64,000 nt of DNA from Mobula hypostoma (GCF_963921235.1 NC_086107.1:112842001-112906000); one strand, 5' to 3'; shown: positions 25,601 to 41,000, counted from the first letter of the stretch. Notes: generated from the letters alone by a model not told the origin. Program-made: numbers and translations.

Positions 25601-28425
25601 GTGCTACAGCCAACCTAATGAGCAAGAGCACACATTCATAAGATTGGGAAGTGTTACTATGTAAAGAGGTAGTTGAGAAGCAAGAGAGTTGCTTGCTTAG
25701 GATTTGAAAGGGCTGGAAAATGTAAAGCAAACTAAAAGTTTCAACCATTGAAATGAAGTGTCACTTGCTGTCATGACGGCATGAATATCAATATCGCCTT
25801 CCGGTGCTTTTCCCTTCCCCTTTCCCTTTTCTATTCCCAACTCTAGCCTCTTACCTCTTCTCCTCACCTGCCTATCATCTCCCCTTAGTGCCCCTCTCCC
25901 CCCGCTTTCTCCCATGGTCCACTCCTCCCCCATCAGATTCATTCTTCTCCAACCCTTTACTTTTCCCGTCTGCCCGGCTTCACCTATCACCTTCTAGCTA
26001 GTCCTCTTTCCCCTCCCCACAGCTTTTTATTCTGGCCTCTTTCCTCTTCCTTGTCAGTCCTAATGAAGAGTCTCTGCCTGAAATGTCCACTGTTTATTCA
26101 GTTCCACAGGTGTTGCCTGATCTGCCAAGTTCCTTCAGGAAGTTGCTCTGAATTTCCAGCACCTGCAGAATTGTTTGTGTTCATGGCATTTTTTATCTCT
26201 TTCATAGATTCTGCTGTGCCTGTTATGTGCTTCCAGCAGCTTTATTTTCACTTTTCCCAGAACAGGAGAAACATTAGACACAGACTACACTAGAAATGGA
26301 CAAATTTTAAATGAATTTGATTTGATTTGATAGCGGTATACCTGATAAGAGGCACAGATGGAGCGGACAGTCAGAGACTTTTTCCCAGGGCTGAAGTGAC
26401 TAATGTTAGCGAGGTGGAGGTACATCTCTAGCAAAGAAGGTGTAAGGTGCTCCTTCCCTCTGCTAGCTTACAGGTCACACTTGAGCAAGGTGCAACACCG
26501 CCCCCCCCCCCCCCCCAAGATCAGGATCACAGGAAACCATAGGAGCAGGTGGTAAATCATCATAAGGGCAGCTGGCACATATCAGGGAGCGTTGGGTATG
26601 GGGCTAGCAAACGCATCCTGTAAAAACCCAGAGTTACAAAATTGCCAACAGAAGTTCCAAAAGCCTCAACCCTGAGACAGGAAGGACCGTCGAAGAGTGC
26701 TGCACTTAGGGACAACTCTAAAGACTGGCTCAGGACAAAGGACTCTGGCAAGCTGCTGTCAGTGGCCTATGCCCAGTAGGACCAGTGAGCTTAAAACAAG
26801 AACAATCTCAGGCACATGGATGAAAGAAAAATGGAGGGTGATAGGGGACGGAAAGGTTAGATTGATTTTCAAGAGTATTGTAAAAAATCGACACAACATC
26901 GTGCTCCCAAGGGTCTAATGTGCTGTATAATTCTATGTTCTAATCTGCAGAAACATTAGTTCAAGTCTGCAATCCAAGGGATACCTCCCGTGGAAAACAA
27001 TGAAATTTCCATTGTGGATTCAAATGCATATCAGATGGGCTTTTTCCCCCACAAGAGATTATAAAATATTAGCAACTGGTGACAGGAAGTATGTTGAGTT
27101 CAAATTGGCTTGGGAGAAATGCTTGACACAGGGTCCATGGTTCTCAAAATGGCCGCTTCCCTCAGGGTCATTTCTAGGTTTCGAGGCAGACTAATTGACA
27201 GATAATGGATGGCCATAATTTCACAACAATTCCATTATCACTAGGATAAAAGGCAAGGTAGTTGGACCTTAATCTATTTTGTTTTGCTGCATGGTTGAAT
27301 TGGAAGGAGGTTAGAATGCAATTAATTTCCCAGTGAAGCACATTACCTTCTATTTGACATTGCTAATCAGATGAGATGTTCCAGTTTCAGATTTCAGGCA
27401 AGGGGACAGGGATAGTCTAGTATATATTAACATTGTTAAAAAGAAAGGATATTATGTGGAGGAACTCAATAGGCCTGGCAGCATCCATGGAAAAGAGTGA
27501 ACAGTCGATGTTTCAGGCTGAGTCCCTCCATCAGGAACCACAATGGGTTTCACTCCTGCATCTAATAAAGTGGCTATTAAGTATATATTCCTACAGAAAC
27601 TAATAGCTTTAACTAATATTACTATTGCTTAAAATGTCCAATACAGACACGGGCCATGGAAACGGTTTACATCAACACCTACACTTCACAAACCTGCCCC
27701 CACCCCATATTCTTCTGTTCTCTGCTGCACAACATGTTTATCTAGCTTCCCCTTAAAGGTATTTGACTCAACAACAGCTGTGGTAACGAGTTCCACTTGA
27801 GGAAATACAGACATGGTATTTTTTTAATTTGTCAGTTTGTTTTTTATTTTCTGAATGTACTGTTCTTTCCATTAATTTCCAAGACAATGGCAATTCGTAA
27901 GGAGACCTTCCTCATCATTTTCCAATCAAGAGTCTTTGTCTGTCCACACACTATCAGGAGGTGCATAAATGTGAACAGTGGATCTCTGTGCTTAGAGAAG
28001 ATGGTGTCATAGTTAATCGAGAATAGCAAATAGCCTCCACCTTGTAGCTCACTAGATAGCATGATTGCAATTACTACCTGAGGCAAGGAAGAATATAATT
28101 TCCACAGAAGTGCTAGTGTGTACCTTTTGCAATAGATTTTACACCATCCAGTGTCACTGCCAGATAAGACCAAGTACTTCGGCCAAGAGCTACAACACGG
28201 GATCCCAACCTGGGGCACGCGGACCCCTTCCATAACGGCATTAAAAAAAGATTGGGAACCCGAGCTACTGGGACCCAAGAATCACACATCCTTTTACACT
28301 CTATTGATGCTGCTTCTGTAAGTAGCGAAGTTGTGGAGTTCTTGCCAGGTTTGTGGTCAGTCACCAAATTCGATCAACTTAATCAGTTCTAAAAGGGCAT
28401 CCAATCGACAAATGGGTACTCATAC

Positions 28426-28494
28426 CTTTGAACTTTGATCGGATGTTAGCCAGTTCCTTGTTAATGCGTTTAATTTCAGCTTCTTTACTTTTAC
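28426..28494 (-). CDS. AP2A1: AP-2 alpha coding exon 2 ([23 protein letters not shown])
   Basis: tttcag acceptor, gtatga donor, 69 bp, in frame with exon 1. Confidence 0.95.
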
Positions 28495-31389
28495 CTGAAA
28501 AGAAAGGAGAAAACAATGAGCAATCAGGATAAACAACCACTCCTCCCTCCCCATTATCCTCAAGACAGGTGACCCCCAGGGCTGTATGCTGAGCCCAATG
28601 CTATACATACTGCTCACACACGAATGCAGAGTCAAACACCCAAGTAATCACAATGTCAAGCTCACTGATAACCCGACAGTGGTGGGGCTCAATACTAACA
28701 ATGAGGTCTACAGAGAAGAGGAGGAAGAGTTTGAAGCCTGCTACCAGGCAAACCAATGTCAACAAGATAAAAGAGACGGTTACTGACTTCAGGAGAACTC
28801 ACACCACTCACACTCCTCTTTACATCAGTGGCACAGCAGTGGAAACCGCCAGTAGTTTCAAACTTCGGAGAGTGCACATTTCGCACAACCTCTCATGGTC
28901 CCAGAACACGTCCTCCAGAGTCAGGAAAGTTCAACAACGCCTCTCATTTCTGAAGAGGCTGAAGGGAACTGACTTTGCACATCTATACTCATTTCTACAG
29001 ATGCACAGTAGAGAGCATCCCAACAAGCTGGATCACTGCGCGGTATGGAGACTGCACTGCGGTGGACATGAAGCCTCTATAATGAGTAGTCAAAAATGCA
29101 CAATGGACCACCAGCACCAGCCTACCTGCCAGCAAGAACATATATACAGAAAAGGACCAGTAACATCATGAAGGATCCCACTCACCCTGCTCATGGACTG
29201 TTTGTTCCACTCCCATCTGGGAGAAGGCTAGGTAGCATCCATGCCAGAACTACCAGGCTCGAAACAGTTACTTCCCACAAACAGTAAGGCTCCACCCACT
29301 AACCCACTTCTCCAACACCACTACTGTATCATTTCCTGTCAGTCATCTTCTGCACTGACACTCCACTATCTACTGTCACTTTATAGATGTACAATCAATG
29401 TAAATAAGCTACCTTACATAATTATATATTTAAAACACGAGAGAGAGTCTGCAGATGCTGGAAATCCAAAGCAAAACACACAAAATGTTTGAGGAACTGA
29501 AGTGATCATGCAGTATCTATGGAAAAGGGTAAACAATCGACGTTCCGGGCCAAGGCCCTTTATCAGGCTGAGAATGAAAGGGGTAAGATGCCAAAACTTT
29601 CCTTCACAGTCCTGATGAAGGACTTGGCCCAAAAAGTCGACTGATTACTCTTTTCCATAGAGGCTGCCTGACCTGCTGAGTATTTATATTTAAATAGTTT
29701 CTTAATTATTATGTTCTTTATCTTACTATGGTTTTTGTGCTGCATCAGATCCGAAGTAACAATTATTTTGTTCTACTTTACACTTGTGTACTGGAAATGA
29801 CATTAAATAATCTTGAATCTTGACGTACTTAGAGCAGTGTGGTGATAATAGTAAGAGGTGAAAATCATGAGCTGTTTTGATAAGCAGGGTGAATGAACTT
29901 CTACAAGCAAGATGATTATGCAGCTAACATGGATTAACTTTATTGGAAAAAAATGTAACAATCAAAAGTGCACAGCCTGAACCATTATCTCTTAAACAAT
30001 ATGCTTCAATTATGTCATATCCACTTCTTAAGGATCTAACAAATTAGTCTATACAGCAATACAGGGTTTTATAAATTACAAGAGAAGATAGCAGGTATTG
30101 GTATGTAGTGGTGCGACAAGGCCCCGAGTCCCTAGTGCAAAGAACGACCCAATGTTTGGACGATTTAAACACCAGGCCAGTGGTTTGAAAAGGTAGGGTG
30201 GTGGGACCAGAGGCAGGGGTCAGGCTGGATCAGCTCACTGTTCTGCAACATTTGCTCCGCTCTTCGCTTCAGTGGGGCTGAGGCTCTGGGACGTGTTGCG
30301 CGGAGGCTGAGGGCCTGCTCCATCTGCGTGTCTGCAGGCTCCGCGATATTTGCTCTGCTACGTGCTGAACTGAAGCTGAGGCTGTGGGCCTACTCTGGGC
30401 TTCATGTCTGGGGGCTCTGCGACATTTACTCGGCTATGTACTGAACTGAGGTTGAGGGTTTCGTGTCTGAGGACTCGATTTCGTTCTAAATGTTATTGGT
30501 TTACTTTTATTGTTTGCACGATTTATTATTTGTTTCCTTTCTCTGTGTATTGGGTGTTTGTTGTTTTTTTTTATAAAATGGATTCTTTGGGGCTTCTTGT
30601 TTCATGGTTGTCTATAAGGAGAAAAATCTTAAGGTTGTATAATGTATACATAGATAATAAATGTACTTTGAACTTTCAGGTAAGAAATTCTACAGGTTTC
30701 AAATTTTTTAATTGTGCAAACATTGACACAATACATGAGGGAGTAGAAGGTCTACACATCAGCTTAGGATGTATGGCAAGATCTCATAACTAAAGTCTAT
30801 TACCTACATAGACAACAGCTCTTCTCACCTCTAATTATATATATTTTTAAAAGATCAGAGGTACCCAGATATTGGAAATCACTGACCAGAGTGATATTAA
30901 GAAACATCTTGTGCCCCAGGTAAAATTTGACACCACTTTCAAGAAATTATGTGTTTACATGTAAATTTTAATTACATCACAAAAGTGGCTCAAGTATAAT
31001 AGATTACTGTGAAATGAAAAGCTTGACTCAGGATTCAAGTTTATTTATCAACTGCATCTTGAAACATACGGTGAAATGCATCGTTTGCTTTACCAACCGA
31101 CATCCCCAAGGATGTGCTGGAGGCAGCCCGCAAGTGTTGCCACACATTCCAGCACCAATGTAGCATGCTCGCAATGCTCGGCACAACAACATGACCACAC
31201 AACCAAACACAGCAAGCATTAAAACAACAGCAAAACAAGCTCTGTTCCTCCCACCCACCCATATACACAGTTATCGAACCCCAGGACAAGCCATCTTCCT
31301 TGGCCTCCAGTGGACGAGTCACCAGTTTCGCAAATCCGGGTCTGTGGGCATCTTGGTTGAAGAAATTAATCAAGGTGAAAGCAAAATTC

Positions 31390-31920
31390 CTTGTTTTCTC
31401 CAGATGACAATGATGTTGCGGTGTTCACTGAACTTGGCAGTTAGCTTGTAGACATTTCATCATCAGTTGAGATGACATCCTCAGTGCGCAGTTGTTGTTG
31501 TTTCTCTCTGGGAGTGCTCGCATTTAAACAGCCCCCCCTCCCACCCTATTTGCTACCCCTTCAATTGACCTTTGAATTCTATTGGCTTGCATTTCTCTGG
31601 CTCTTAGGGGTTTGTCAACTTCAAAGTGTTTCTTAACACAGTCATTAGAAGAGAACCACGCTTTTAAAACTTTCCGTGCCTGCCTCATGTGTTTGCCTGC
31701 GCCAGAAGCTCTGGTGTGTCCTTCGCGGCCTTCACCTACCCAGATGAGCGACAGTAGGCTGTGTCTCCGCACGGCCAGTTTATGCTCCTTAAAAGAGTTG
31801 AGAGCTTAAGTCCTGTCTGGATAACGTAGTTCTCGTTGCAGTCTGCACAGGTGATCCTGTTAGAACTTTTTGCTGCCTATGTGAACCAACATATGGGTCA
31901 GAATTTGATATTCTATAGTA
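31390..31920 (-). mobile_element. Second, unrelated Penelope-like element remnant (GIY-YIG region plus hammerhead-like terminus)
   Basis: Minus-strand RITCADCNENYVIQTG...KEHKLAVRRH and LKAWFSS. Terminal CTGAGGA-T-GTCATC-TCAACT-GATGAT-GAAATGTC at about 31451-31484. Confidence 0.7.
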
Positions 31921-34036
31921 CAATAGAATATCTCTTTCCTCAATGCGTACATCTCAACCTAGTTACCAGCTGAATCTCTTGGTTTAATAGATATGGAAAG
32001 ACAGGATTTAAAAATTCTTTGTGCATTTAAATGAAGAATTTTACATTTAAAATAGATCCAGATTTCCCAAAGACTACCTTGTAAAAGCCTCTTGCAGTGT
32101 AGATTGGAGTGAAGTTTCCCAGGTAGAATTTCCATCTAAGCTGATATCGTTGCACACGTGCAATACATAAAAACCAAAATACTTCCAGCTGTATTACAGT
32201 GGTGGACCCGTATCAGGAGGCCCAGGAGGGGTGCCACGGTACCACACAGTTGGTGTGACAGTATTACAGCTCAGGTCTCTGGGCGAGGAAATAAAGCATC
32301 AGCCATGGTACTCAGCGATGACCTGGTCGATAACACATCCGTGGATGCTGATTGGCAACCAACATTTAACAAATGAAATGCTGCCAACACTCTTGACCTG
32401 CACTGAACCATGAAATTGGGCTCTGGAGAGCCGTATTAGAATTATGCCAGAGCAAGTCACTGCTTGCAGGAAAGGGGGAAGAGAGAGTAAAGAAGGAGGA
32501 AAAACTAAAAAAAAACGAGGAGAGGGCAAAAAAGTTATTAACCTTTATTTTCGCAAGCAATTTTTCTTTTAGAGAAAAACAACTCAATGCAGCAGAATCC
32601 ACCAAATTCCAGCAATAACTCACCCTCCCCCAAGACTTTCACATCAAGCATCTCAATCACTACATCCTCCTTACTCAGTGAGCTGAAGGAAATGGAGTGG
32701 GCCTTTTAGCCTCTGTTAGGATGTACTACATCACCTCCACCTCCAGAATAAATAACAGCACTGAAAACAAGCTTGCCGACATATTCCAGACAACCGTCCC
32801 CCTATAGAGCTCCTCTTTGATTCCCAAGGGTAGCTTTGTTCCTGGGCGGCGAAATCTCGAAGGAAACATCCTAAGCTCAACACACTGATGCAATCACGAG
32901 GAAGGCACGCCAGTATACTTCATCAGGAGTTTGAGGAGATGTGGTATGGAATTGCCAGCAATTAACACCATCATTCCCACAGTCCTGATTGAAAAGCTAC
33001 AGAACCTAGGCCTCTGTACCTCCCTCTGCAACTAGACCCTAACTGGAAGACCACATTCTGTGCAGAATGTCAATAACATCTCTGTCTCGCTCCTCGCTGA
33101 CAATCAACACTGGCGCACCACAGGAATGTGTGCTTAGCCCACTGCTCTACCCTTTCTATACCCCATGGGTGGCTAGGCATAGCTCAAATGGCATCTATAA
33201 ATTACAACCACTATTGGCAGAATTTCAGATGGTGGCAAAAGGGCGGACCGGAGCGAGATATACCAGTTATCTGAGAGTGGTATCGCAACAACAACCTCGC
33301 AGGCAATGTCAGTGAGATCAAAGAGCTGGTTATTGACATCAGGAAGGGGAAGTCAGGGGAACACAAACCAATCCTCAGAGGGATCTGAAGATCTAACCTG
33401 GATGAAACATATTGATGCAGCTATAAAGGAGGCAAGAAAATGGGTACATTTCATTAGGGGTTTGAGGAGACTTGGTGTGTCAACTAAAACATGCGAAAAC
33501 TTCTACAAATATACCGTGGCGAGCATTCTGACTGGCTGCACCACCGTCTGGTATGGGGTGGGCGGGGGGGCTAATGCATAAGATTGAAATAGGTTGAAGA
33601 AACTTGTAAAATTAGTCAGCTTCATCATGGATACCGACTCTCCATAGCATCCAAGACATCTTCATGGAGCGATGCCTCAAAAAGACAGCATCCATCATTA
33701 AGGATATCCACCACCCAGGACATACCCTCTTCACACTGTTACTGTCAGGAAGGAGGTACAGAAGCCCAAAGGCACACACTCAGTGGTTCAGGAACAGCTT
33801 CTTCCCCTCTGCCATCTAATTTCTAAATGGACACTGAACTCACAAACACTACCTCACTACTTTTTTTTTTAATTTCTGTTTCTTTGCAGTGATTATTTTA
33901 ACTTAACTATTTAATAGACATGTATGTACTTACTATAACTCAGTTTTTTTCCTATATTTATCACGTATTTCAGAGTACTGCTGCCATAAAGTTAACAAAT
34001 TAAGACATATGCCAGTGTTATTAAATCTAATTACGA

Positions 34037-34960
34037 TTCTAATTGATGGCTTTGTGGTCAAGTTTGTGAATGATAAAATGGGTGGAGGGGTAGGTAGTTT
34101 TGAGGAAGCAGAGGTGCTACAGAAGGACTTAGACAGATTAGGAGAATGGGCAGAGAAATGGCAGATGGCATACAGTGCTGGGAAGTGTATGGTCATGCCC
34201 TTTGGTAGAAAGAATAGCAGGAATAAGTGAAAAACTTAAAAATCTTAGGTGTAAAGGGACTTGGGAGTCCTCAGGCAGGATTCCCTAAAGGTTAATTTGC
34301 AGGTTGAGACAGTGGCAAGGAAGGCAAATGCAATGTTAGCATTCATTTCAACAGGACTAGAATATAAAAGCAAGGATGTAATGTTGAAGCTTTACAAGGC
34401 ACCGGTGAGGCCTCACTTGGAGTATGGTGAGCAGTCTTGTGCCCCTTATCTAAGAAGGGACGTGCTGATGTTGGAGAGGTTTCAAAGGAGGTTCACAAAA
34501 ATGATTCCGGAATTGAAATGCTTATCTTATGAGGAGTGTTTAATGTCTCTGAGCCTGCACTGGGGGAGGAGGGTACATCTTACTGAAACTTAACAAAAGT
34601 TGAAAGGCCTCTATAGAGTGGACAGGGAGAGGATGTTTCCTATGGTGGGGAAATCTAAGATTAAAGGACGTAGCCTCAGAAAAGAGGGATGTCCATTTAG
34701 AAAAGAGATGAGCAGGAATTTCTTTAGCCAGAGTGGTGAATCTGTAGAATTCATTGCCACAGGCTGCTGTGGAGGCCAAGTCTCTAAGTATATTTAAGAA
34801 AGAGGTTGATAGATTCTTGATTAGTCAGGGCATCAAGTGATACAGGGAGAAGGCAGGAGATTGGGGCCGAGAGGGAAATAGTTCATCCATGATGAAATGC
34901 CGGGGCAGACTCGATGGGCCAATTAACCTAATTCTGCTCCTACATCTTACGGTCTTATGC
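34037..34960 (+). mobile_element. CR1 LINE 3' fragment
   Basis: LQKDLDRLGEWAEKWQM and LYKAPVRPHLEYG. Confidence 0.88.
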
Positions 34961-37009
34961 TCAAAGACTCTAGCAAATTCCTCCAGATACACAATGAAGA
35001 GCTCTCCGACTGGTTGCATCACTGTTTGGTATGGAGGCTCCAAAGCAAAAGATCGAAAGAGACTGTAAAGGGTTGTAGATTCAGCCAGCTCCATCATGGG
35101 CACAACTCTCCCCATTATTAAGAAAAATCTTCAGAAGCTGGTGCATCAAATAGGAAGTATTCATCATTAAGGACCCTCACCATCTGGGACATGCCCTCTT
35201 CTTATTACTGTCATCAGGGAGGTGGTACAGGAATCCGAAGACACACTCAATGGTTTAGGAACAGCTTCTTCCTGTCTGCCATCAGATTTCTAAAAGTCCT
35301 ATGAATAGATCACTGAGTCCCCTTTTGCACTAAATTCGTAATTTTTGTCTTGTACTGCTGCCACAAAACAATAAATTTGTGAGTATATGTCAGTAATAAT
35401 AAATCCGATTCTGATCCTGATCTGAAACAACAGAAGCATCCTAATCAAACAGCTTTTCATCACTACCTAACCAGATTAAGTCTTACTGTGTCAACTTACG
35501 TCATTACAAGCATTTACTCGGCCAATGTAATCTATTTAGACTATGGCTGGACTTTACCAGCCTGTGACATATCAAAATTATATCATCCTCTGTAGAAACC
35601 ACCTGTTCCAATAAATGCTATTATTTTGTATTCCAAATTGTTGCATTTAACACTTAGATTGCACTCTTTTGGCTCACCATCTTAGAATTGATAACTGAAT
35701 CCCTTATCCCCAGAATCAATTACCTACTGCACACCATCCATACTAGCTCCAACACAGACGGTCCCAAGCCCATCTGCGAAAGGAGGAGTGTTGGGCATGA
35801 GGCTCACAACCCCATCCCATGAAAACCCAGTGCAAAAGAAACACCAGAAGCTCTAGAGAGAGGAAGGGTACACCAGGATGGGCTACACCTGGGGACAACG
35901 TGAAAGACTGGCCCAGGACAGAGGATTTTGGTGAACTGCTGTCAGCGACCTACAGCCATAGATGTGATGGGTTGAAGTATGTCCTCTCCGCACTAAGCTT
36001 ATCACTACAGCGGATCCAACATTGATATTCAAATAAACCACACGAAGTGCTGGAGGATCTCAGCAGGTCAAGCAGTAATTAGAAATAAACAAACAAACAG
36101 TCAACATTTTGGGCTAAGACCTCCTTCAGTCCTGAACAGGAGGCTCGGCCCAAAACATTGACTGGTTATTCATTTCCATAGATGCTGCCTGACCTCCTGA
36201 GATCCTCCAGCATTTTGTGTTGCTTTGGATTTCCAGCACCTGTAGACTTATTATATTTAGATATTCAAGTTTTTCTTTAAAATCTCCATCTCATAATCTC
36301 ATCTTTGATCTTTGCCTACCTTAATGTTATCTCTTAAACTATGGATTTCCTCACACTTTACTCCTAAAACTCTTCAGATTGAACATATAAAATACAATTC
36401 TGATATGAACTAACTGTGGTACAGTAGCAACAGTTAGCGCAATGTTGTACAAGATCGAGCTTCAATTCCTGCCGTTGTCTCTGAGCAGCTTGTATTTTCT
36501 CCCCCTGACGTCATGGATTTCCTCCAGGTCCTCCGACATTCCAAAGATGCACGGTTAGGGCTAGTGAGTTGTGGCGACGCTAGGTTAGCACCGGAAGTGT
36601 GGCGACACTTGCGGGCAACCCAGCACAATCCTCACTGATTTGACTTGATACAAACAATGCATTTCTCTGTTCTGAAGTATTCGTGACAAAGCTGATCTCT
36701 ATTTTATCTTTTAAGATGCAGGCATTCTCTCATTTCTCAGGCAATGGGATTTTCAGTTTAAGAACTGAAGCTTAATTTCCCAGCTCCCATGGCAACACCC
36801 AAGAATTTCATCTGTCTCCCCTGGTATGGTCACCATATAAAGCTTTTCTTCCCCCTATTTTCCGACACAGACAAAACCCCCTCATGGATGGCTGTGAAAA
36901 CAGAACACTTTTACCAGAGGAGGGGCTTCATTCTCCCTCAATCCTGCAAGTTGTTGTGTCTTTGTCCATTGATTCTTTCACCACGTACCCATACTAAAAG
37001 GACAACTTA

Positions 37010-37655
37010 TGGTCCGGTGCTCCCAACGCAGCCTCCTCTACATTGGCGAGACCCATTGTAAGTTGGTGGACCACTTAGTCGAGCACCACTGCACCATACA
37101 TCACAAGTGAGACTTCCTGGCAGCAAAACATATTAATTTCAATTCCTATTCTGACATGTCAGTCCATGGTGTCCTCTTGTGCCAAGATGAGGCCACCCTC
37201 AGGGTGGAGGAGCAGTACCTTATATTCCACTGGGTAGCCTCCAACCTGATGGCACCAATATCAATTTCTCTTCCCGGTAAACAAATCCTACCTCCCACCC
37301 CCCATTCCTCACTGACCTCCTGCTTCTTCTCAGCTGCCTATTACTTACCCCAGGTCACCTCCTCCTTCCCTTTCTCCGATGGTCCATTCTCCCTTCTTAT
37401 TAGATTCCTTCCTCTCCAGCCCTCGACCGTTCTCACCGACATGATTTCACCTATCACCTTCCATCTAGCCTCCCCCCCCCCCACTTTTTTTTATTGTGGC
37501 ATCTTCCCCCTTCCTTCTCAGTCCGGAAGAACGGTCTGAGCCCAAAACATCAAGTGCTTATTCATTTTCATAGATGCTGCCTGACCTGCCGAGTTCCTCC
37601 CGCATTTTGTGTGTGTTGCTTTGGATCTCCAGCATCTGCAGACTCCCTCGTGTTT
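37010..37655 (+). mobile_element. Degenerate Penelope-like element with GIY-YIG endonuclease remnant
   Basis: CSQRSLLYIGET at about 37018-37053 and EEQYLIFH downstream, followed by the same terminal sequence with a decayed hammerhead motif. Confidence 0.8.
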
Positions 37656-37735
37656 ACAATTAATGGTAGTCTGTCTTTGGGATGTGGGAGTTAACTGGAA
37701 TATTGGGGTGGGGGATAACCTACATGGTTACGGGG

Positions 37736-38089
37736 TGTAGGAGCTACGTATCTACTTTCTGTCTGTGTTGTGTGGTGTAATCTGTCATGTGGGTTGGGGT
37801 GTGGTAGAAGCAAATGAGTATAGTTACACTATTTCAGTTCAGCCGCTAATTACACTTAGTACTATCGCTAATTAGAATGCTTAGTTATGCTGAGATTGCT
37901 ATATTTATAATTTAGTTTCGTTAGTTTTCAATTGATGCAAGGTCGTTCGCTTTTGCTGGTTTCTTAATAAGGGATCGAACTTACTTTTTCGGTTTGGAAA
38001 TTCATTATCGGGAAGTGCGTTATACAGTGTCAAGTACCCTGGTTTAGTCTTTCAGTGGTTTTAAGTTGTCTTACCAAGTACCTGCTACG
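37736..38089. mobile_element. Probable short solo LTR inserted into a SINE
   Basis: TGTAG...CTACG ends, imperfect 5-bp TSD cgggg/caggg. The host SINE continues on both sides. Confidence 0.5.
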
Positions 38090-41000
38090 CAGGGAGAATG
38101 TGAGAACTCCGTACAGCACATATCACACACCTGACTCACGATGGTGCAAACCAGCAGCCCGAACTGCTGCCATTGCCATGACTACTATTTATAGTTCAAC
38201 TGACAGAAAAAGATAATGAGATTATTATAATATTGCTGTTTGTAAGGGCTTGATGTGAAAAAATACTGGTCTCCATTTCTAACAGCGATTCAGAGAAAAC
38301 TTAAGGGAACTCTGACAAGACATTTTAGTAATGAGACAAGGGCAGGTCAATGTTTCTTTTGAACAAAGGTGATTTAGAATTTAAATTTTAGAGCACAGTG
38401 TACAAAATTATGCAAGGACCAGTCTAGGCAAGCAAGAAGGACCCACATCTCATATCAGAGAATTCAATAGCTACAGGTCATAGATATAAAGTAAACGGCA
38501 AAAGGTTGGATATCAAGGAAAGGCGGGGGGTTGAGAATCCCCTCCCCCCAGAAGGTGTGGGGCTCTGGATCTTTCTCTGCCTGAATGAGTGACAACATTC
38601 TTTTTCACACTTGCAGACTGACAAATGACAATAAGGTACACTGAATCTGGAATCTGAAGAAGCTGAAGAGAAGCAGTTCCCAACCTGGGATCCACGGACC
38701 ACTCAGTTAACGATAGGGGTTCACAGTATAAAAATGGTTGGGAACTCCTGCTCTAGAACACAGAACAGGATAACACAAGAACGGGTCCTTCGGCCCACAA
38801 TATTGTACAGAACCAGCAAAGTAGTAAAATCAACCCCCCCCCCCAAAAAAAACTAATTCCTCCTACCTACATAATGTCCATGTCTCCCCGTCTTCCCCAC
38901 ATCCATGTGCCTCTCTAAACATCTCTTAAAAGCCTCCAATGTATTTGCCTCTACCACCATACCAGGCAGCACATTTCAGGCAAACACAACTCTGAGTAAA
39001 ATAACTTACCCCTCACATTCCCCTCTGAAACTAACCCCCCTCCTCACCTTCAATGCACGCCCCCTGGTATTAGACATTTCTACCCTGGGAAAAAGATACT
39101 CCTTGTCTACTCTATCTCCGCCTCTCAATCTTATATACCTCTACCTTAAGGAGGCAGATTCCCTCATATATTTAATGTAGCTTGATGGGCTGTAACCAGA
39201 GGCTACGGGAAGGTGGGAAGGATCAATAATTTTGTTTTGGCCTGCAAAGCTGAGAGGCAGAATAGATTCCATGTTCTAAATCTCACTGATTTGAAGTCTA
39301 AAGATCAAAGCAAATTTACTATCAAAGTATATATACCATCCTGACATTCGTTTCCTTGCGGGCATTCACAGAACAAAGAAATACAATAGAATCAATGATA
39401 AAACTGCACATAAAGACTGACAAACAACCAATGTGCAAAAGACAAACTGCACAAACAAAAAAAAATCATAATAACAGATAAACAGATTGATAACTAACTA
39501 AACTAACACTGAAAACACGAGTTGTAGAGACCTTGAAAGTGAGTCCATAGGATGTGGGATCAGATCAGTGTTGAGTTGAGCGACGTCTCCTACACTGGTT
39601 CAGGAGCCTGATACTTGACGGGTAGTAACTGTTCCTGAACCTGGTGTATGGGACCTAAAGCTCAAGGCGTGCACACACTGCCGTCCGTCTGCACTCACAA
39701 CTGTGCAAGTGAACTCCCACCAGCTTAATAATAGCACCCAGAATTAGTGACACAGCTGATGTGCCAATGAGTCTTCAACAATGGATGCAACTTGGGATCT
39801 TTGATCTTTAATTACAGTTTTGATCAAAAGATTTGCTATTCTCCTCAGGAAATTGGTTTCCATCCATATAAACCAGGGCAGCTGCAGTCACAATTCTCAG
39901 CGACTAGTGTGCAAACATATGCAGAGAATTCATGGACTGATGTACTGCCACATTTTAAACAGACCCAATGAAAAATCGACAGAGACACCAATCTATATGC
40001 TGCAGAAGTAGAACAGTTGACCACTTTCTAGCTTTTTCCCTACAAATTTGGTCCCAAACTTCCAGTTATTTTCTGACACTCTTTCACTTATTTCAATATT
40101 GAGCCAGAAAAAATGGTGCCAGGGGTCTTTTTTGCAGACCCAGGCAACTTCTTCCAGTTTGCCTACAAAACAGCTTATTCCTCCTTTATCATGCCTTTCC
40201 TTTCTTTTCAAGGTGGCTGGGGTCCTGTCGGAGTCCGTGATCTACAGCTGCAGCTCAAACTAGACTTCTCCACAGGCGGTGGGTTCTTGCAGCCTGGAAG
40301 ACGTGTGCCTTTGGGGTGCGGCCCTGTGGACATCCCAGTTCCTCGTCAAGTGAAGTGTCACAGGAGACCGAAACATCGGGGTAGCAGGCGGTGTGCGCTG
40401 CTGTGGAAGGCCCCTGCACCAGCGATCCTCTCGCTCTCTCTCAAGGGTGAATGAGAGGCTGCTGGCCACTTGCATTTGTTGCAGGAGCGACCTCTCTCCC
40501 CCTCGCTAGTGAGAGAGCGCCTGTCTGAGATACCGAAGTGTTGGGATGGACTGTAGTTTTCTGACAGTCTCTTCGGGGGCTTTGCTATTGCTTGCATGGT
40601 GGGGGGAGTGGCTCGATACTTTTGCTGGAGCGAGTGGCGGGGTAGGGGAAGGGGGAGGATCAATGCTTTTGCTGTGGCTTGTACATGGGAGGGGAGAGGT
40701 AGGGCTTTGGGGTTCTGACATTTTTGTCATTTATTCTTTGGGGATTTATTTCTGTTTCGCAGATGTCTGCAAAGAGTAAGAATTTCAGCTTTTATGCTGT
40801 ATATATTCTCTGACATCAAACTGAACCAGTGAACCACTTTAAAGCCCTCAGAAATAGTAAGGAATATTATTGGCACATTTGAAATAGAAAGATTAGCTTT
40901 ATTTGTCACTCGTGCATCAAAACATACAGTGAAGTGTGTTGTTTTGCCTCAGCGATCAACACTGTCTGAGGATGTGCTGGACTGCAGATGTTCCCACACT

